Part shown: piece after piece, positions 29,817 through 43,885 of the stretch
Position numbering within the stretch: position 1 is the stretch's first letter
Layout of the letters: each line of letters starts with the position of its first letter
Origin: Dictyostelium discoideum
Taxonomy: Eukaryota
DNA: 64,000 nt
Reading direction: 5' to 3'
Assembly: GCA_000004695.1 (NCBI GenBank)
Contig: CM000152.2
Coordinates: 448,001-512,000, forward strand
Notes under the pieces: generated by a model
Database searches by the model: none
The model's input: only the letters and a program-made list of their open reading frames with translations
What the model was told of the DNA's origin: nothing
Program-made: the position numbers and the translations under genes

Positions 29817-31848
29817 ACCTTAAAAGGTGTGATAAATTATTATGATTTGTAAAAAAATTATCAATGAATTTTCTATTATATCTTGAAGTTAAAATACGAG
29901 TAAATGATTTTGGGAATGATAAATTATCAAGTTTTGGACAACCAGATTCGAATGATAGACTAATGAGTGAACTTGGTAAAGATTGATTTGAAAATTCTTT
30001 AAAATAAGATTTATGAAATACTATTGATTCAATTGAAGATGGTAATGCATTTTCAAGTATTTGTTGAGTGTAGTCGTCAAAGAATTCAATGGATTTCAAA
30101 GTTGTGCTTGGTAAATAGCCAATTTCAAATACTCTATTAAAGTATCTTGCACATTTAAGTTTAGTAATTGGTAATTGTGATAGTGGGATTGAGTCGAAAT
30201 GAAAATCCCTTATTGTCAACTCCAACTCTTCAATGGTCTCGCCATTCAATGGTAAAAGATCCCTTGTCAAAATTTGGGTAAAAAACTGCCCGAATTTCAG
30301 TGATTTCAAATTCACACAACCTTTAATCGATAGTTTCTGATTAAACATTTCACCAAAATGTAATAGTTTAATCGATTTTGGTATTACTGAAATTGGTTGA
30401 TTAAATAATGAAGATGATTTAAATTTTAAGATTTCCAATTTAGTTAGCCCATTTAAAGCATAGGTAAAACTTTCATCATTAAATTTTGAACCAATTTCTA
30501 AATGAATTAAACCAGTTGGTAAAATATCATCACCTAATGAATTTGTAAAACTGTGTGGTAGAATCAACTTTTTTAAAGATTTAGGTAACGTTTCCTTTTT
30601 AAAATTACCATTCCAATCTTCAAATGATAATGATTCTAAATTTATGAATTCATTTAAAAAATCAATACTTTTTGATGATTCTAAATTTTTATAAAAATGT
30701 ATTGATTTTATTAATGGTTTAAAATCAATAAAATTATCATTATCATTATTATCATTATTATCATTATTATCATTAAATTCATTATTATAATTAAATTCAT
30801 TATTATTAAATAAATTAAATAAATTATTTAAAGAAGGTAAAATATTTTCTAATCCATGATAATCTGAAAATTGAATTTCTTTTAAGCTTGATGGAAACCA
30901 TGATGATGATGATGATGATGGGTTTTGATTTAAATTATGAAATTCAATATTAAATAAACGATTTGTTTTTGAATTACCAATTTTTAAAATTTGAATATTT
31001 GAATTTGAGAGTATTTCTTTACCAATATGATTATCTGAATAAAATAATAGATCTGGTATAAGTAGTTTCAAAGTTTTTAATGATTGAGGAAGTTTTTTAA
31101 TATCACCTCTTTTAATACATTCTCTACCAATTGCAAGTATTTCTAAATTTGGTAATTCTGAAATAATTTCAAATTGTTTAATTCTAGTATTTGATAATCT
31201 TAATGTTTTCAATGAATTTGGAAATTGGAAAGACTCTTTTGAAATTTTATTTGAAAAATCTGATAATTTAAAATATTCTAATTTATTTGGTAATTTAATT
31301 GGAATTGTTATTGTTGTTATATTTGGTGTATTATTCCTCGTCATTCCAAAATTAAAATCATCATCGCCATCAATATTATTATGATAAATATAATTTGTTA
31401 TTGTTGAAGAATCTTTTTTAAATTTTAATTTCTTTAAATTAATTAATTTTTGAAATCCTTTTGATTGATCTAATAGGTAATATCGGAAATGTGAACTAAA
31501 TATTAATGTGGTCAATGAATGAGTTGGTAAAATTTCACTTAAATCTTTTTCGAAATTTAGTGGTGAAAATGAATTTGAAAATTCTAAACATTCAATATTT
31601 GTATTCTTTAAAATGGTATCTAATGAATATTTATCACCACCTAATTCATAATCTTCATTTGATAAATTTAAATGAATTGATCTTAATAATTGTATATCAC
31701 CTTTATAATTTTTTAATTGAAAAAGTGTTAATGATTGTTGTTTATAATTATTATTAATTATCCTTAATTGATTAAATAAACAATTTTTAATTATTAAATT
31801 TCTAAAAATTTTTAAAAATAAATTATTATAATTATTATTATTATCCAT
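29809..31848 (-). CDS. FNIP-repeat protein (Dictyostelium FNIP family).
   Basis: 679-aa ORF. The N-terminus is MDNNNNYNNLFLKIFRNLIIKNCLF. It contains many ~22-aa repeats with an LP.SLK.L.FG..FNQ.I core (e.g. KSIKLLHFGEMFNQKLS, LKSLKFGQFFTQIL, LKSIEFFDDYTQQIL). Confidence 0.7.
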
Positions 31849-32694
31849 TTTTATAAAAAATTAAAAAATTAAAAAAACAAAAAAAAAAGAAAAAAAAAAA
31901 AAAATCTAAAAAATGGTTTTGAGACCATTGTCGGAAAAAAAAAAAAAAAAATATATTTAAAAAAAAAAATATATTTAAAAAAAAAAATGAAAATTAATTG
32001 GAATGAGTTGAAGTGGATAGCATTGAATTGTTTATTTTAAAAATATTAAATATTGTGTTTCAAATTTTATTATTATTATTACTATAATTATAATTTTTTT
32101 ATTTTTAAGATTTAAAAAAAAATGTTTTAAATAGAAATACTATTTATAACATTTTTTTTTTTAATTTTTTTTTTTTTTTTATTTTTAATTTATTCCACCA
32201 TTTAAATTTTTTTTTTTTTTTTTCATTTTTCGATATTGAGAATAACACATCCGATGAGTTTAATTTTTTTTTTTTTTTTTTTCATTTTTTTTTTTTTTTT
32301 TTTTATTAATTTGGTTGTGTGTTGATTATTGGAATGGGTTACTTATCAAAATGAATGATTGTGATTATTGGAATGTTTTCTTTACGAAATTGATCGAATA
32401 TTTCCTAATTCTACTAATCTACAAATTTTAAAAAAAGAAAATAAAAGAAAAAAAAAAGAAAAACAAAAAAAAAAAAAAAAAAAAAAAAACATTATTGTTC
32501 ACACACTCCAAACATACCAAAATTGTTATTTATTCAAATATGTATAAAATTTAAATGATAATGTGGGTTAAAAAAAATTGTTTAATATATAAATGTACCC
32601 ACACTCAAAAAAAAAAAAAATTTATGTATTTAACCTACCCCATTTCAATTAATAAGGTGCTGCTATATTTATATATATATAATAAAATATTTTC

Positions 32695-32726
<32 letters not shown>

Positions 32727-33046
32727 CCCCTGCATTTTGTATAATTGTTTTATTTTTATTAATTTTAATTTCAATTTAAATAATTATTATTTTTAATAAT
32801 TTTTTTTTTGTTATTTTTATTTTTTTTTTTTTATTATTTAAAAAAAAAAAAAAAAAAAAAAATTAATTTTAAATTATTGTAGTTAGTTTATCATTATTTT
32901 GTTTTATCTTTTTTTTATTTATTTATTCAATAATTGTGTGTGTGTATCTTTATTTCGTACATAATTTCTTTTAATAAATAATTTAAACAACATAAAAAAA
33001 AAAAAAAAAAAAATAATAATAATAATAATTTTAAATAATAATTTTT

Positions 33047-33100
<54 letters not shown>

Positions 33101-33109
33101 ATAATAATA

Positions 33110-33373
33110 ATGAGATTTTTATTATCTCTTTTATCTATAATATTATTATTAAATGGTATTAATGCAATAAATTATAGTGGTAATTATTTAAAACCACTTG
33201 ATTTTAGATGGATTGGTAAATTTTGTTTTGATCAACAAGGCGGTTCAATTCAAGTGACAAGATTCCAATCAACTTCAAACACAACTAAAATTTTATTATA
33301 TTCAGATTCAAATCCACATTATAATGAAATTTTAGATGATTTTGGTAAAAATGAAATATCATGTCAAGAAAAG
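33110..33373 (+). CDS. 7TM membrane protein with signal peptide and lumenal N-domain (LUSTR/GPR107/GPR180-like architecture), exon 1.
   Basis: Starts MRFLLSLLSIILLLNGINA (signal peptide). GTAAAC donor at 33374. Confidence 0.45.
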
Positions 33374-33511
33374 GTAAACATATTTTTTAATTTTTTTTTT
33401 TAAAAAATATATTAAATTTAAAATTTATCTGAATAATTTATTAATTTTTTTATTTTATTTTTTTATATTTTTTATTTTTTATTTTTTCTTTTTAAAAAAA
33501 ATATTTAATAG

Positions 33512-33983
33512 ATTTTATGGGCAAATTATACTTATATTAACCCAGATAAAGTTGGTGAAATTACAAATTCAAATCGTAATTATAATGTTAAAAAAGTTTC
33601 ACAAAGTCGTGATCGTTTCTGGATAATTACAATGGCTGATTGTGATCAAAAATTCATTGATGATCATAGAATTCCATTTGTATCGACCTATACATTTGAA
33701 GTTCAAAATAGTGGTGATTCATTCGATAGTCAATTATCAGCAGAACAACAATCAATTCCACAAGGTCAAATCTTTTTCTTCCTTTTATATACTGCATTTT
33801 TAATTATATCAATTATCTATTCAGTAGCTTTAAAGAAAAAAGGATTAGAAGGTAAAGCAATTCATTTCTTTATTGCAATTTTATTAATATTTTTAATTTC
33901 ACTTGCACTTTATATTTCAAATTGGGCACATATATTAAAATATCATAAATATGAATTAAGATATTTAAATCTTTTTGGTAATA
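33512..33983 (+). CDS. Same 7TM protein, exon 2.
   Basis: Acceptor TAATAG at 33510-33511. In frame with ORF 33632..34093. GTAAGT donor at 33984. It includes the first two TM helices. Confidence 0.45.
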
Positions 33984-34109
33984 GTAAGTTTTTTTTTTTT
34001 TATTATAATTTATTATTATTAATTTTTTATATTAATAAATATTTTTTTTATTTATATTTTTTTTATTTTTTTTATTTTTTTTTTTTTTTATAAGTTTTTG
34101 AAATTTTAG

Positions 34110-34678
34110 GTAATGGTTTATTTGTAGCATTAATTTTAATGATTGGCCAAGGTTGGACTACTTCAATTTATTTTGGATCATTAGTTAAACAAATGATAAA
34201 TATATTAGTTTCAATTGCATTGATTGTTATTGGGTGGGTTGCATATGTTTATTATGTTTATCATTCAAAGGAACAAAATAGTTATATTTATTTCATGGAT
34301 ACTTGTCCAGGTTACTTTTTATTGGCATTATATGTTGTAATCATTGGTTATTTCTGTTGGGCAAATTATGTAAATCGTAACAAACAAAATGAATCAATTA
34401 AAAAGAATTTTATTTTAATTTTTACAATCATCTTTGTATTTTGGTTAATTAGTCATCCATTGGTTGTAATCGTTGCTCATTTCATGGATCCATGGGTTAA
34501 ATATAAAGTCATCGCTTTATTAAATTTAACAATCAATGCAATCTTTTTCATCATTCTCTTAATAATTTTCCGTCCATCTCATAATAATATGATTGTTAAA
34601 ATTTTACAATCTGATGATAAATCAAATGATATGAAAGAAATTATTGAAAATGAAAAATCATATAATGGTGCAGATTAA
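34110..34678 (+). CDS. Same 7TM protein, exon 3 (TM3-TM7 plus a short tail).
   Basis: Acceptor TTTTAG at 34108-34109. The phase-1 junction is in frame with ORF 34139..34678. Seven hydrophobic helices are present in total. Confidence 0.45.
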
Positions 34679-34680
34679 GA

Positions 34681-34718
<38 letters not shown>

Positions 34719-34758
34719 ATAAAAAATTTATAAAATAAATAAAATAAAATATAATATC

Positions 34759-34795
<37 letters not shown>

Positions 34796-34822
34796 TGAAA
34801 TAAATAAAATGTTTTCCCAAGT

Positions 34823-34873
<51 letters not shown>

Positions 34874-35939
34874 AAAAATAAAATAAATAAATATTAAAAA
34901 TAATAATAAATATAATAATTAATTCCATTCATTTATTTTTTAAAGAAAAATTAATTAAAAATAATAATTAAAAATTCTTAAATGTGAATAATTAAAAGAA
35001 TTTTAAAAAAATCATAATTATTTTTTTATTTTTTTTATTTATTTAATTATTATTTATTTATTTTATTTATTTTCTTTTTAAAAATTTGCTATGTTTTAAA
35101 TTTGTAATATATAACGCAATAATATATGGCTTACAATAGATGGTTTGGTTATATTAGTTTTTTCACAATTGTGTTAGGGTAGAATAAAAAAACGATTAAA
35201 GAACCCCTCTAACCCTCTCCATAGAATTTTAAAAAAAGTTTAAACAACCTCCTTTATTTAACCCTAAATTTAATACGAGGTTTCGTGTTTTTTATCTTTT
35301 TTTCACTTTTTTTTTGTTTTTTCAAACACAAATATCACCCCCCACTCTCGCGCCCACACTCTAGAATGTGGAAAATTAAATTAATAAAATTATCAAAACA
35401 ACAACTACAACAATAAAATACAAAAAAAAAAAAAATACATATATACATATATATAATATAAAAAATATAAAGAGGGGGAAAATTTTGAAAGGACATTGCC
35501 ACTAAAAATGGAAATTCAAATAAATATATAGGGTTTTCAAGAAATTTAAATACAATAAAAAAAAATAAAAAATAAAAAAAAAAGTACAATATCCTAATTA
35601 TTTCATAAAATAGATAAAATCAACAACACCACCACCAACCGCCATAAATTTCAATCACATGTAATCTTGGTTTTTATGATTTATTTTATAATTTATTTTA
35701 TTTTTAATTTAATTATTTTTTTTTTTTTTTTTTTTTTAAAACTATTTTTAACACATTTGTGTGTGGTGCCACCAATAATGAGAGAATAGTGTGGTGGTTT
35801 AAAAAAAAAAAAATTCTTTAAATCAATTTATAAAATTAACAAAGGCAAAATAAATTTATTTTTTTTTATTGTTCAGTAAATTAAAAAAATACATAAAACA
35901 TTCTATTTTTATTTAAATATTAATATTTATACTTTTCCG

Positions 35940-35970
<31 letters not shown>

Positions 35971-36146
35971 CTAATAAAAAAAAGGAATAAAAAAAAAAAA
36001 AAAACCAACAACAAAACATTTTAAAATATTTATAGATTTTTTTTTAATTATAAAGATACTAAAAAAAAAAAAAAAAAAAAAAAAAAAATAACCCTATATA
36101 CATATTTATATATATTAAGATATATTAATATATTTATTTTTTAAAA

Positions 36147-36225
36147 ATGAAAATTACAAATTGTAAAATTGGATCGATAACTTATTTATTTATTATTTTT
36201 TTATTTTTATTATATAGTACAAATG
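36147..36225 (+). CDS. Exon 1 (signal peptide MKITNCKIGSITYLFIIFLFLLYSTNG) of a giant Cys-rich 7TM glycoprotein gene.
   Basis: ATG at 36147. GTAATT donor at 36226 (phase 1). Confidence 0.45.
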
Positions 36226-36273
36226 GTAATTATAGAATTTGAAAAAAAAAAAAAAAGAAAAAAATCTAATTTC

Positions 36274-36318
<45 letters not shown>

Positions 36319-36366
36319 AAAAATCTATTTTTTTTTTTTTTTTTTAAAATTTAATTTAATTTTTAG

Positions 36367-37383
36367 CGATTAATGTTAGATCAAGTAAATCAATTAAAAA
36401 AGATGTAAATATTTTAGGAGTAGATTTATCATATTCATTATTAGAGATAGAATTTGATGATGAATTTTTTACATATGATTCATTAGCATGTCCAAATTTT
36501 ACATGTGAATCAACTACTGCTATCGATTGTTCTTGTGACTATTCGAATATTGAAGATTGTCCAAAAGTTAAGGGTAGGGATAAGTCATGTCCACCATGTC
36601 CAGAAACATTTTTAGAACAAATTACAGAAGGACCTAATGGATACTTAGGAGGTGCATTTTGTAATCGGACTGTCTGGATCAACGGTACTAAATTTGAGCC
36701 ATTGTCAAAGAATTGGACAGTGATCGAATTAGATAAACAATACTCATACACTACGAATAAAGTCATGCAATTTAGGATAAAAGCAGACACAAAATCATGT
36801 ATGGGTATGATGCTAAAAGTATCACCAACTCAAAACTACCCAATCTCTGCATTTGGCTCAGTACCATCTTTCGAAATGGCAAGATTCGTCTCTGGCTCAA
36901 AACTTGAAACTAATGCAGTCTACAATATATGTCCATCCGATAATTGGAATAGAACTCAACATTATACATACACTAAAAGTTGGACAAGAGACACCTATTT
37001 CATAATGATCGATCCACAATCAGTCCTATCAACTTTTTCTTTAATTCTAAGATCAAAAAAAGTTGAACCTTTATTATTATCACCATCATCATCACCATCA
37101 TCATCATCATCATCAAATAATAATGATGATAATAATACTTTACAAAAAACTTGTAAATCAATGTATCCTTCAACTCATAGATGTATAAATTTAGGTGAAA
37201 ATACGTTTGGTGTAACAACAAATGAAAATCAAAGAAATTATTATACACTTTCAATCGATCAACCTTCAATTTATTTCTTTCAATTTCCATCATTATTTTT
37301 AACAACTTCAATATTTATTTCAGATTCTTTATTAAATTTATATCCAAATGAATCAACTTCACAATGGTTTAAAAAAGATTCTT
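36367..37383 (+). CDS. Exon 2 of the same gene: Cys-rich extracellular domain with N-glycosylation sites and a poly-Ser linker.
   Basis: Acceptor TTTTAG at 36365-36366. In frame with ORF 36702..37397. Proposed GTAATG donor at 37384. Confidence 0.45.
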
Positions 37384-37471
37384 GTAATGTATTATAATTA
37401 TTATTTTAATATTTTTAAAAAAAAACCAACAACCACAATATATTAATATGTATATTTATATTTATATTTAG

Positions 37472-40400
37472 ATGAAAATTATTTTACACTTTATTTAGAA
37501 CCAAAAAATAATAAAAGTGATTTAATAATTTATATTGGTGTATTTAGTTATTTACCAACAAATTATTCATTTTGTGTTACTAGAAATGGATTTATGTTTC
37601 CAAATTTACTTTCAGAAATGTCAATACAACAAGGTGCATTCTCATTAGCTTCGACGAGTATATTCTTACCAATTGGTAAGAATATGAATGATAGTGATTA
37701 TTTTTATACATGTAATAGTCAAGCAGAGTGTAACCCATTTTCAATATTATACCCAACAATTGATATTAATCCGCTTTGGCCAGTGCCACCAGTACTTTAT
37801 GGTGTTGAAGATTTTGATTTTAAAAGTGTTTTATATACAAGTGAGGGTTATCATGGATTTGGTATTATAAATTCGAAATTTAAATTAAGATCTTACCAAG
37901 TTGCAATACTATTAAAATATGATAATGGTAAAGGTGATAGAAAGGAGTATATCTCTTATGATGAGGTGTTGCAATCGTCAATTCAATTTCTTTCTACTTT
38001 AACCGACTCTAGAGGAAAGTTAATTGATTTTAAAGTTACAGGATTCCAAGATGTTACAAATATAACTTGTAATCATACTGAATTTAAAAGAGTGTTGGAT
38101 TTAGTGGACCATCAAAGTTCTTTGATTTTAAATAGTCTTGTTTCTCCATCATTGAATGAATTAAATAATTGGAGATATGAATTGGGCGTGTTAATGTTGA
38201 ATGACGCTTGGATTGGGTGCAGTAGTAAGGTAAAGGATATGTTGGATATTAGATTAGTTACAAAGAATATTTCATCCTATTTCTGTCCTTGGCAAGTGGG
38301 TGATATTGAATTCTCAACTGATCCATGTTGCAATTCAACTCATCAATATTATCGTTGTTGTAACCCGAGATATGTTGAAACTCAGGTATACGAATTCCAT
38401 GGTATTATCAATGACGTGGCACAGAATCAATGTAATTCAGACTCACTCGATTGTTCATTATCAGTGCTTGAAGAGTATGGCAATTATCTAACTACTGACG
38501 ACCAACTATGCGGCGATCCTTCCACCACATCCACCGAAATCCAATACTCGCTCTACTACTCCCTAAGAAATTGCAAAGACATCACATTGATACCACCATA
38601 TTGTAAGAATGATTCAGAGTGTACCCAATTCTCACCAAATGGGAGATGTGACCTTTTCACAAGGAAATGCTTCTTGGATTATGAAATATTGGATAGAATG
38701 TATGTTGATTGCATATTTCAAGAATTATCACCTGCAACTCTATTCTCATTTGTTTCATCAACTACTTTTAATAGTACAACAATTGATAATAAATATAAAC
38801 AACATTTCACTGATGATTGTGTTGGTTCAAAAGGTAGTAGTTTTCCAATTCGTACAACTTATGCCTATGCAACCAATGATCCATATGTTGGTATAATACC
38901 AGCTACAAATTGTCTTGACAAATCTTGTAAAACCATTTACAATTCATTATTTGATATTTATTATTCAGGTTGGACTTTTACAAGAGAATGGAGAGTTAAT
39001 GAAAATACTTGTTCAGATTTTGTAACATGTCCACAAATTAATTGTCAATCAACATTAAATCAAAATTTAAATTGTAAATATTTATGTGATCAACAAGATT
39101 CTTTAGATTTTTGTGGTTATTGTAGTAGTAGTAGTAGTGGTAGTATTGATAACACTACCACTACCAATAGTACATGTTTTAACTTTTTAGAATTAAATAA
39201 TTCAATATCATGCGAAAATAGTGATCCAATTTGTATATTATCAAATGGTGATTATTTATATAATCTTAGTAAAGAAGAATGTGAATTATCATCATCAATT
39301 GGTAGTTGTACTCATTCATGTGGATTCGAATGTATTGGTGTTAGTAGACTTTGTATATTTGGTGACTCTAATAAAACAACTTGTGAAAATAATGGTTACC
39401 TTTGGAATGGTGTTGATGGATATTGTGTTGATTTATCATCAACTACTGAAGAGCAATGTTATGGTAATTATAATGCATCTTCTTCTTCCTCATCCTCTTC
39501 TCCCTCTTCTGATAGTCGTCCACTTTGGGTAGATTGTCCAAATAGATCAACAGATCTATGTAGTGATGGTTTCTTTTGTGATCTTAAAGAGGTACCATGT
39601 AAAACTAAAGAACAATGTGAATCAATTGGTGGTGAATGTTCAGATATATTTTTCTTTAAACCAGAGAATGTTCAATATTATCCATTTGGATTTGGTAAAT
39701 GTGTTACAAATCATACATTCCTTCAAAGAGATAATTCAAAGACAGTATCTTGTCCAAATGGTCAAGTTGATTCACCAAATGGTTGTTTCTATCAATCACC
39801 GGTTTATAAAACAAAAGCTCAATGTTTAGATACACCAGGTAATAGATGGTGGACACCTTCAGATAATAGATCACAATGTCTATCGAATGAAAATCAAGGT
39901 TGTAGAATAATGGATGTGGATTCATTTGCAAATTTACCATTTAATTTCAAATTCAATGAAATGGATCAACATCAATGTGAAGGTTGTAGACAACTTTTAC
40001 CAAGTTCCTCCAAATGGACTGATAAATTCAAATGGACAAATGCAACTTGGTTACCTGGTATTCATATTGATAAACCAAAATGGTATAGAAATTTAACTTC
40101 AACCCCTCGTGTATTTAAATCAACATTTAACTATCAAAGTTTTTATCTAGATTTAGTTGATGCAGTTGGAAGACAAACTGCTGATTTCTATAGATCTCAA
40201 ACATTTTGTAAAAAAGAAAAGAATCAAAATAGTTTAAATTCATTAGTTTGTAGTTGTTCAGGTGATGCTGGTGGTGGTATAACAAATAATTGTTTTAATT
40301 CGTCAACTCCATTATTAGGTTTAACAAATCAATGTAATGGTGAATCATCTATATTAGGATTTGCAAATGGGTTTGTAAATTTAACTGATAATTCAGTATT

Positions 40401-41925
40401 ACCAGGTTGCCAAATTATAACCATTTCTTTAGTTTCAAAATCAATATTCACTTCAACAGTACCTGAATCATTGGCATCAAGTTTCGTATCCTATAATAAA
40501 CCTGATAACTATGGTGTAATCAATTCAAATGGTGCAATCATTGGTACACTATTAATGGATGGTATAATGATTAAATCTGAACAAAACATTCAATTGATGG
40601 TGGTATGTTTTGATATTACCAATATTGCACAGAGTGATAAATATCCATCTTTTGATTTCGCCACAAATTACAATAGTACAAGTGCAATGGGTTCCTTATA
40701 TCCAATGACTGTTGAAACTTATTTAGTCAAAGATCCCGATGGTATCACTTATATGTGTTCAAATCTATCAAATGTTCAACCGGAAACCATCATCTTTATG
40801 ATCAATATAATGGGTGGTGATTGGATGGATCAATCAAAAGAATTATTCGATTCAACTACAAAATCACTTTTATATTTCTTGGCTGTCCTATTCTTATTAA
40901 TTGGTTGTTTTGGTTGCTATCAAATAATTTTAATAATTTTCATTGGTTATAGATCGAAAAGTGGTAATAATATTAATAATACTAGTAGTGGTAGTGTTGG
41001 TGGTGGCGGTGGTGGTGGTATCGGTGGTGATCATCAAGTTCAAATAACTCATATTTTAACTGGACTAATAACATTGTTTATTATGTTAAGATCAATTTAT
41101 TTCTTTGTTATGCCAGGTGGCTATCTTTCATCTAGTCCCGTTGCAGATTATATTTTAGTGGTTTTACCAACATTTATTTATTTCTCAGCTTTTATAGTTA
41201 TGATAGTGATTTGGTATATCATTGTATTCATGGTGTTAAAGAATTATTCAATGGCAGGCTCAAGAACTAAAAGACTCTATACTATTGTTTTCGGTGTAAA
41301 TGTAGTGCTATATATACTTTTCATCATTGTAGTACTAGTATTCCAATATACTCATTATTCACCAAACAATTATTGTGGCGCAAGAGTTGTTGTGCAAATG
41401 AAAAATTCCAAACCCCAAATTATAGTCTCCATTCTTTACGCTGTAATTCAAGCTATCCTTTCACTTGTACTAGGTTCATCATTTGCATACCTCGGTTCTT
41501 CTTTATATTTAACTTTAAAAAAGGCTAATTTCTCTTCACTTAAAGCTTCTAGAAGCTCACAAAAATCAATTAGAATTTTCATTTTAACAGTGGTTTGTAG
41601 TATTGGTTTCTTATTACATTGGGTTTTTATATTAATTTTGGTAAGCTCAGAAATCAATTCAATAGCTTTCACTTTTGTTGGTTTATTATTAACTGAAATT
41701 TTACCAGCTGCCTCAATATTGTATTGTTTTCAAACAAGAAATAATCAAAATAATGAAACAACTCTCAATAGTGGTAAAAATTTCCCACTCTCTTCTCTTG
41801 GTTCAACAAAAACTAAAAAATTAAAAACAAAATCACCAAATTTACCAATTATTAATTATAACTCTAATAGTGTACCACCTTCTCCAATTATAGAACCAAC
41901 TAATAATAATAATAATAATAATAAC

Positions 41926-41959
<34 letters not shown>

Positions 41960-42075
41960 GTAATAATATTAATAATGATAATGATAACAATAATAATCAA
42001 CAAAATTCATTATCTATGGGTGTAAATCAAGAAAGAAATAATATTAATTCAAGTAATGAAATAAATAATATTTAA
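37472..42075 (+). CDS. Exon 3 of the same gene (or an independent gene starting at M 37594). It has a ~1100-aa Cys-rich N-glycosylated ectodomain, 7 TM helices and an N-rich cytoplasmic tail.
   Basis: 1493-aa ORF 37594..42075. Its frame stays open and coding-like upstream to the acceptor ATTTAG at 37470-37471. Seven hydrophobic segments lie between about residues 1090 and 1380 of the ORF. Confidence 0.6.
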
Positions 42076-42532
42076 ATTTTAATATTCTCTTTTTTTTTAT
42101 ACCTATATATTTTAAAAAAATAAAAAATATTTGAATAAACAAAAAAAGTATAAGAAAAAAAAAAAAAAATGATTTATTTATTTTTTAATTTGTTAAGTTT
42201 ATTTTAATCCCCATATATTTAATTATGATTATATATTTAATTTTAATTCATATTAATTTAATGTAAAAGTAAGAAAAAAAAAAAAATAAAATAAAAAAAA
42301 AAAAATTAAATTTTCAAAAAGATAATCTTTATAATAATAATATAGAAATTTTAAATTTTTATATATCTTTTTTTTTTTTCACATAATTATATAATTTATT
42401 TTTTCAAGATTAATGTTAAGAAAAAAAAATAGTAATTAAAAATATATTGTAATTTAGGTTAGGTTAATATTATTTTAATTTTATTTTTTTAATTTTATTT
42501 ATTTTGATTTTATTTTTAAATAATTATTTCTC

Positions 42533-42567
<35 letters not shown>

Positions 42568-43518
42568 CTTTAGAACAAAATCTGGATTCAATGAGATACA
42601 CTATGAGCAATACTTGTATTAATTGGTGTATTGTTGTAAGGAGTAACTGCCTTATTGAAACAGTTTAAATTACAACATCAGAAAATAACAAAGATATATA
42701 TTGTTGCCACACATGTAAGTGGGTAACATTTATATATATGACACAATAAATTTAAATGTAACCCACAGTTATAGTGTGGTAAAAATGTTTTTAAAGTGGG
42801 TTTTTAGTTGATTTTTCTATTTTGATAGGTTTTCTACTATATATAATTATTATGTTTACATATAGCACTATAATGAGAATGGGATCACTTGTAGGTATAT
42901 TTAAATCAAATGATTTAAATAAATATATAACGAATTAATTGTTGATGTTTTATTATGATATGTGTTTAAATTTACACATAAAAAAAAAAAAAAAAAAAAA
43001 AACAAAAACAAAAAACAAAAATTAACAATGACTAAAATTGGTTTATTTTTAACTTTTTTTAAAAACAGTTTTGGGTTGATCATCATTTTTTATTTATTTA
43101 TTTAATTTTTTGTTTGTTTTGTTTTTTTTTTTTTTTTTTTTTTAATATTTTTTTATTGTTTTATTTCCTTTTTTTTTTTATTTGTAATAATTTTTTATTA
43201 TTATTTTTATGGGGGTGTTTTGATTTAGATTTTCAAAGTAATATAAATAAAAAAATATATTTAATATAAAAAAAAAATTATAAATTAAAAAAAAAAATCT
43301 ATTTATATAGTTCAATAATTTTATTACATAATTGTAAATCGAAAGAATAAAATAAAGTAAAATAAAAAAATATAAATTGAAAAAAAAAGAAAAAAAAGTA
43401 ATTTTAACAATTAAATATTAAAATAAATAAAAAAGATATTATAAATAAAAAAAAAAAAATAAAAAAAAAAAAAAATAAAAAAAAAAAAAAAAAAAAACTA
43501 TCATTAAAAAAATATAAA

Positions 43519-43552
43519 ATGAACCATAGAGAATTAAATGTTTGTTTTTTGG
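43519..43552 (+). CDS. Divergent Ras-superfamily small GTPase, exon 1 (MNHRELNVCFL+G).
   Basis: ATG at 43519. GTAAGA donor at 43553. The splice completes the P-loop GNSEVGKS. Confidence 0.5.
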
Positions 43553-43661
43553 GTAAGAATTTCTCCTCAAACTTAAAATTATTTATTATTATTTTCGTTG
43601 TAAATTTACATTTTTTTTCAAAAATTAACATTGTTTTTTATTTTCATTTAAAAAATAAATA

Positions 43662-43793
43662 GGAAATTCTGAAGTTGGTAAATCATGTATAATTGATTCC
43701 AAGATAAATGAATATCTTCCAACTATTGAAAATAGAAGTAAAAAAATGATGCAAATAAATAATAAATTTTTCGACTTTAATATTTTTGATACT
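43662..43793 (+). CDS. Small GTPase, exon 2 (P-loop GNSEVGKS, switch I YLPTIEN, DTA-).
   Basis: Acceptor AAATAG at 43660-43661. GTTTGT donor at 43794. All junctions are in frame. Confidence 0.5.
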
Positions 43794-43885
43794 GGTTTGT
43801 ATTTTTTTTTTTTTTTTAATTTTAAAAAAAATAATAATAAAAGAAATATATTTTATTAACAATTTTATTTTATTTTTTTATATTT

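Noticed and set aside
36702-37397. Treating ORF 36702..37397 as a complete stand-alone gene.
   Set aside because: It lacks its own plausible start. Its frame is entered via an acceptor after a signal-peptide exon at 36147, and its stop overlaps a GTAATG donor that splices in frame into the next ORF. It is kept as exon 2 of a larger model.
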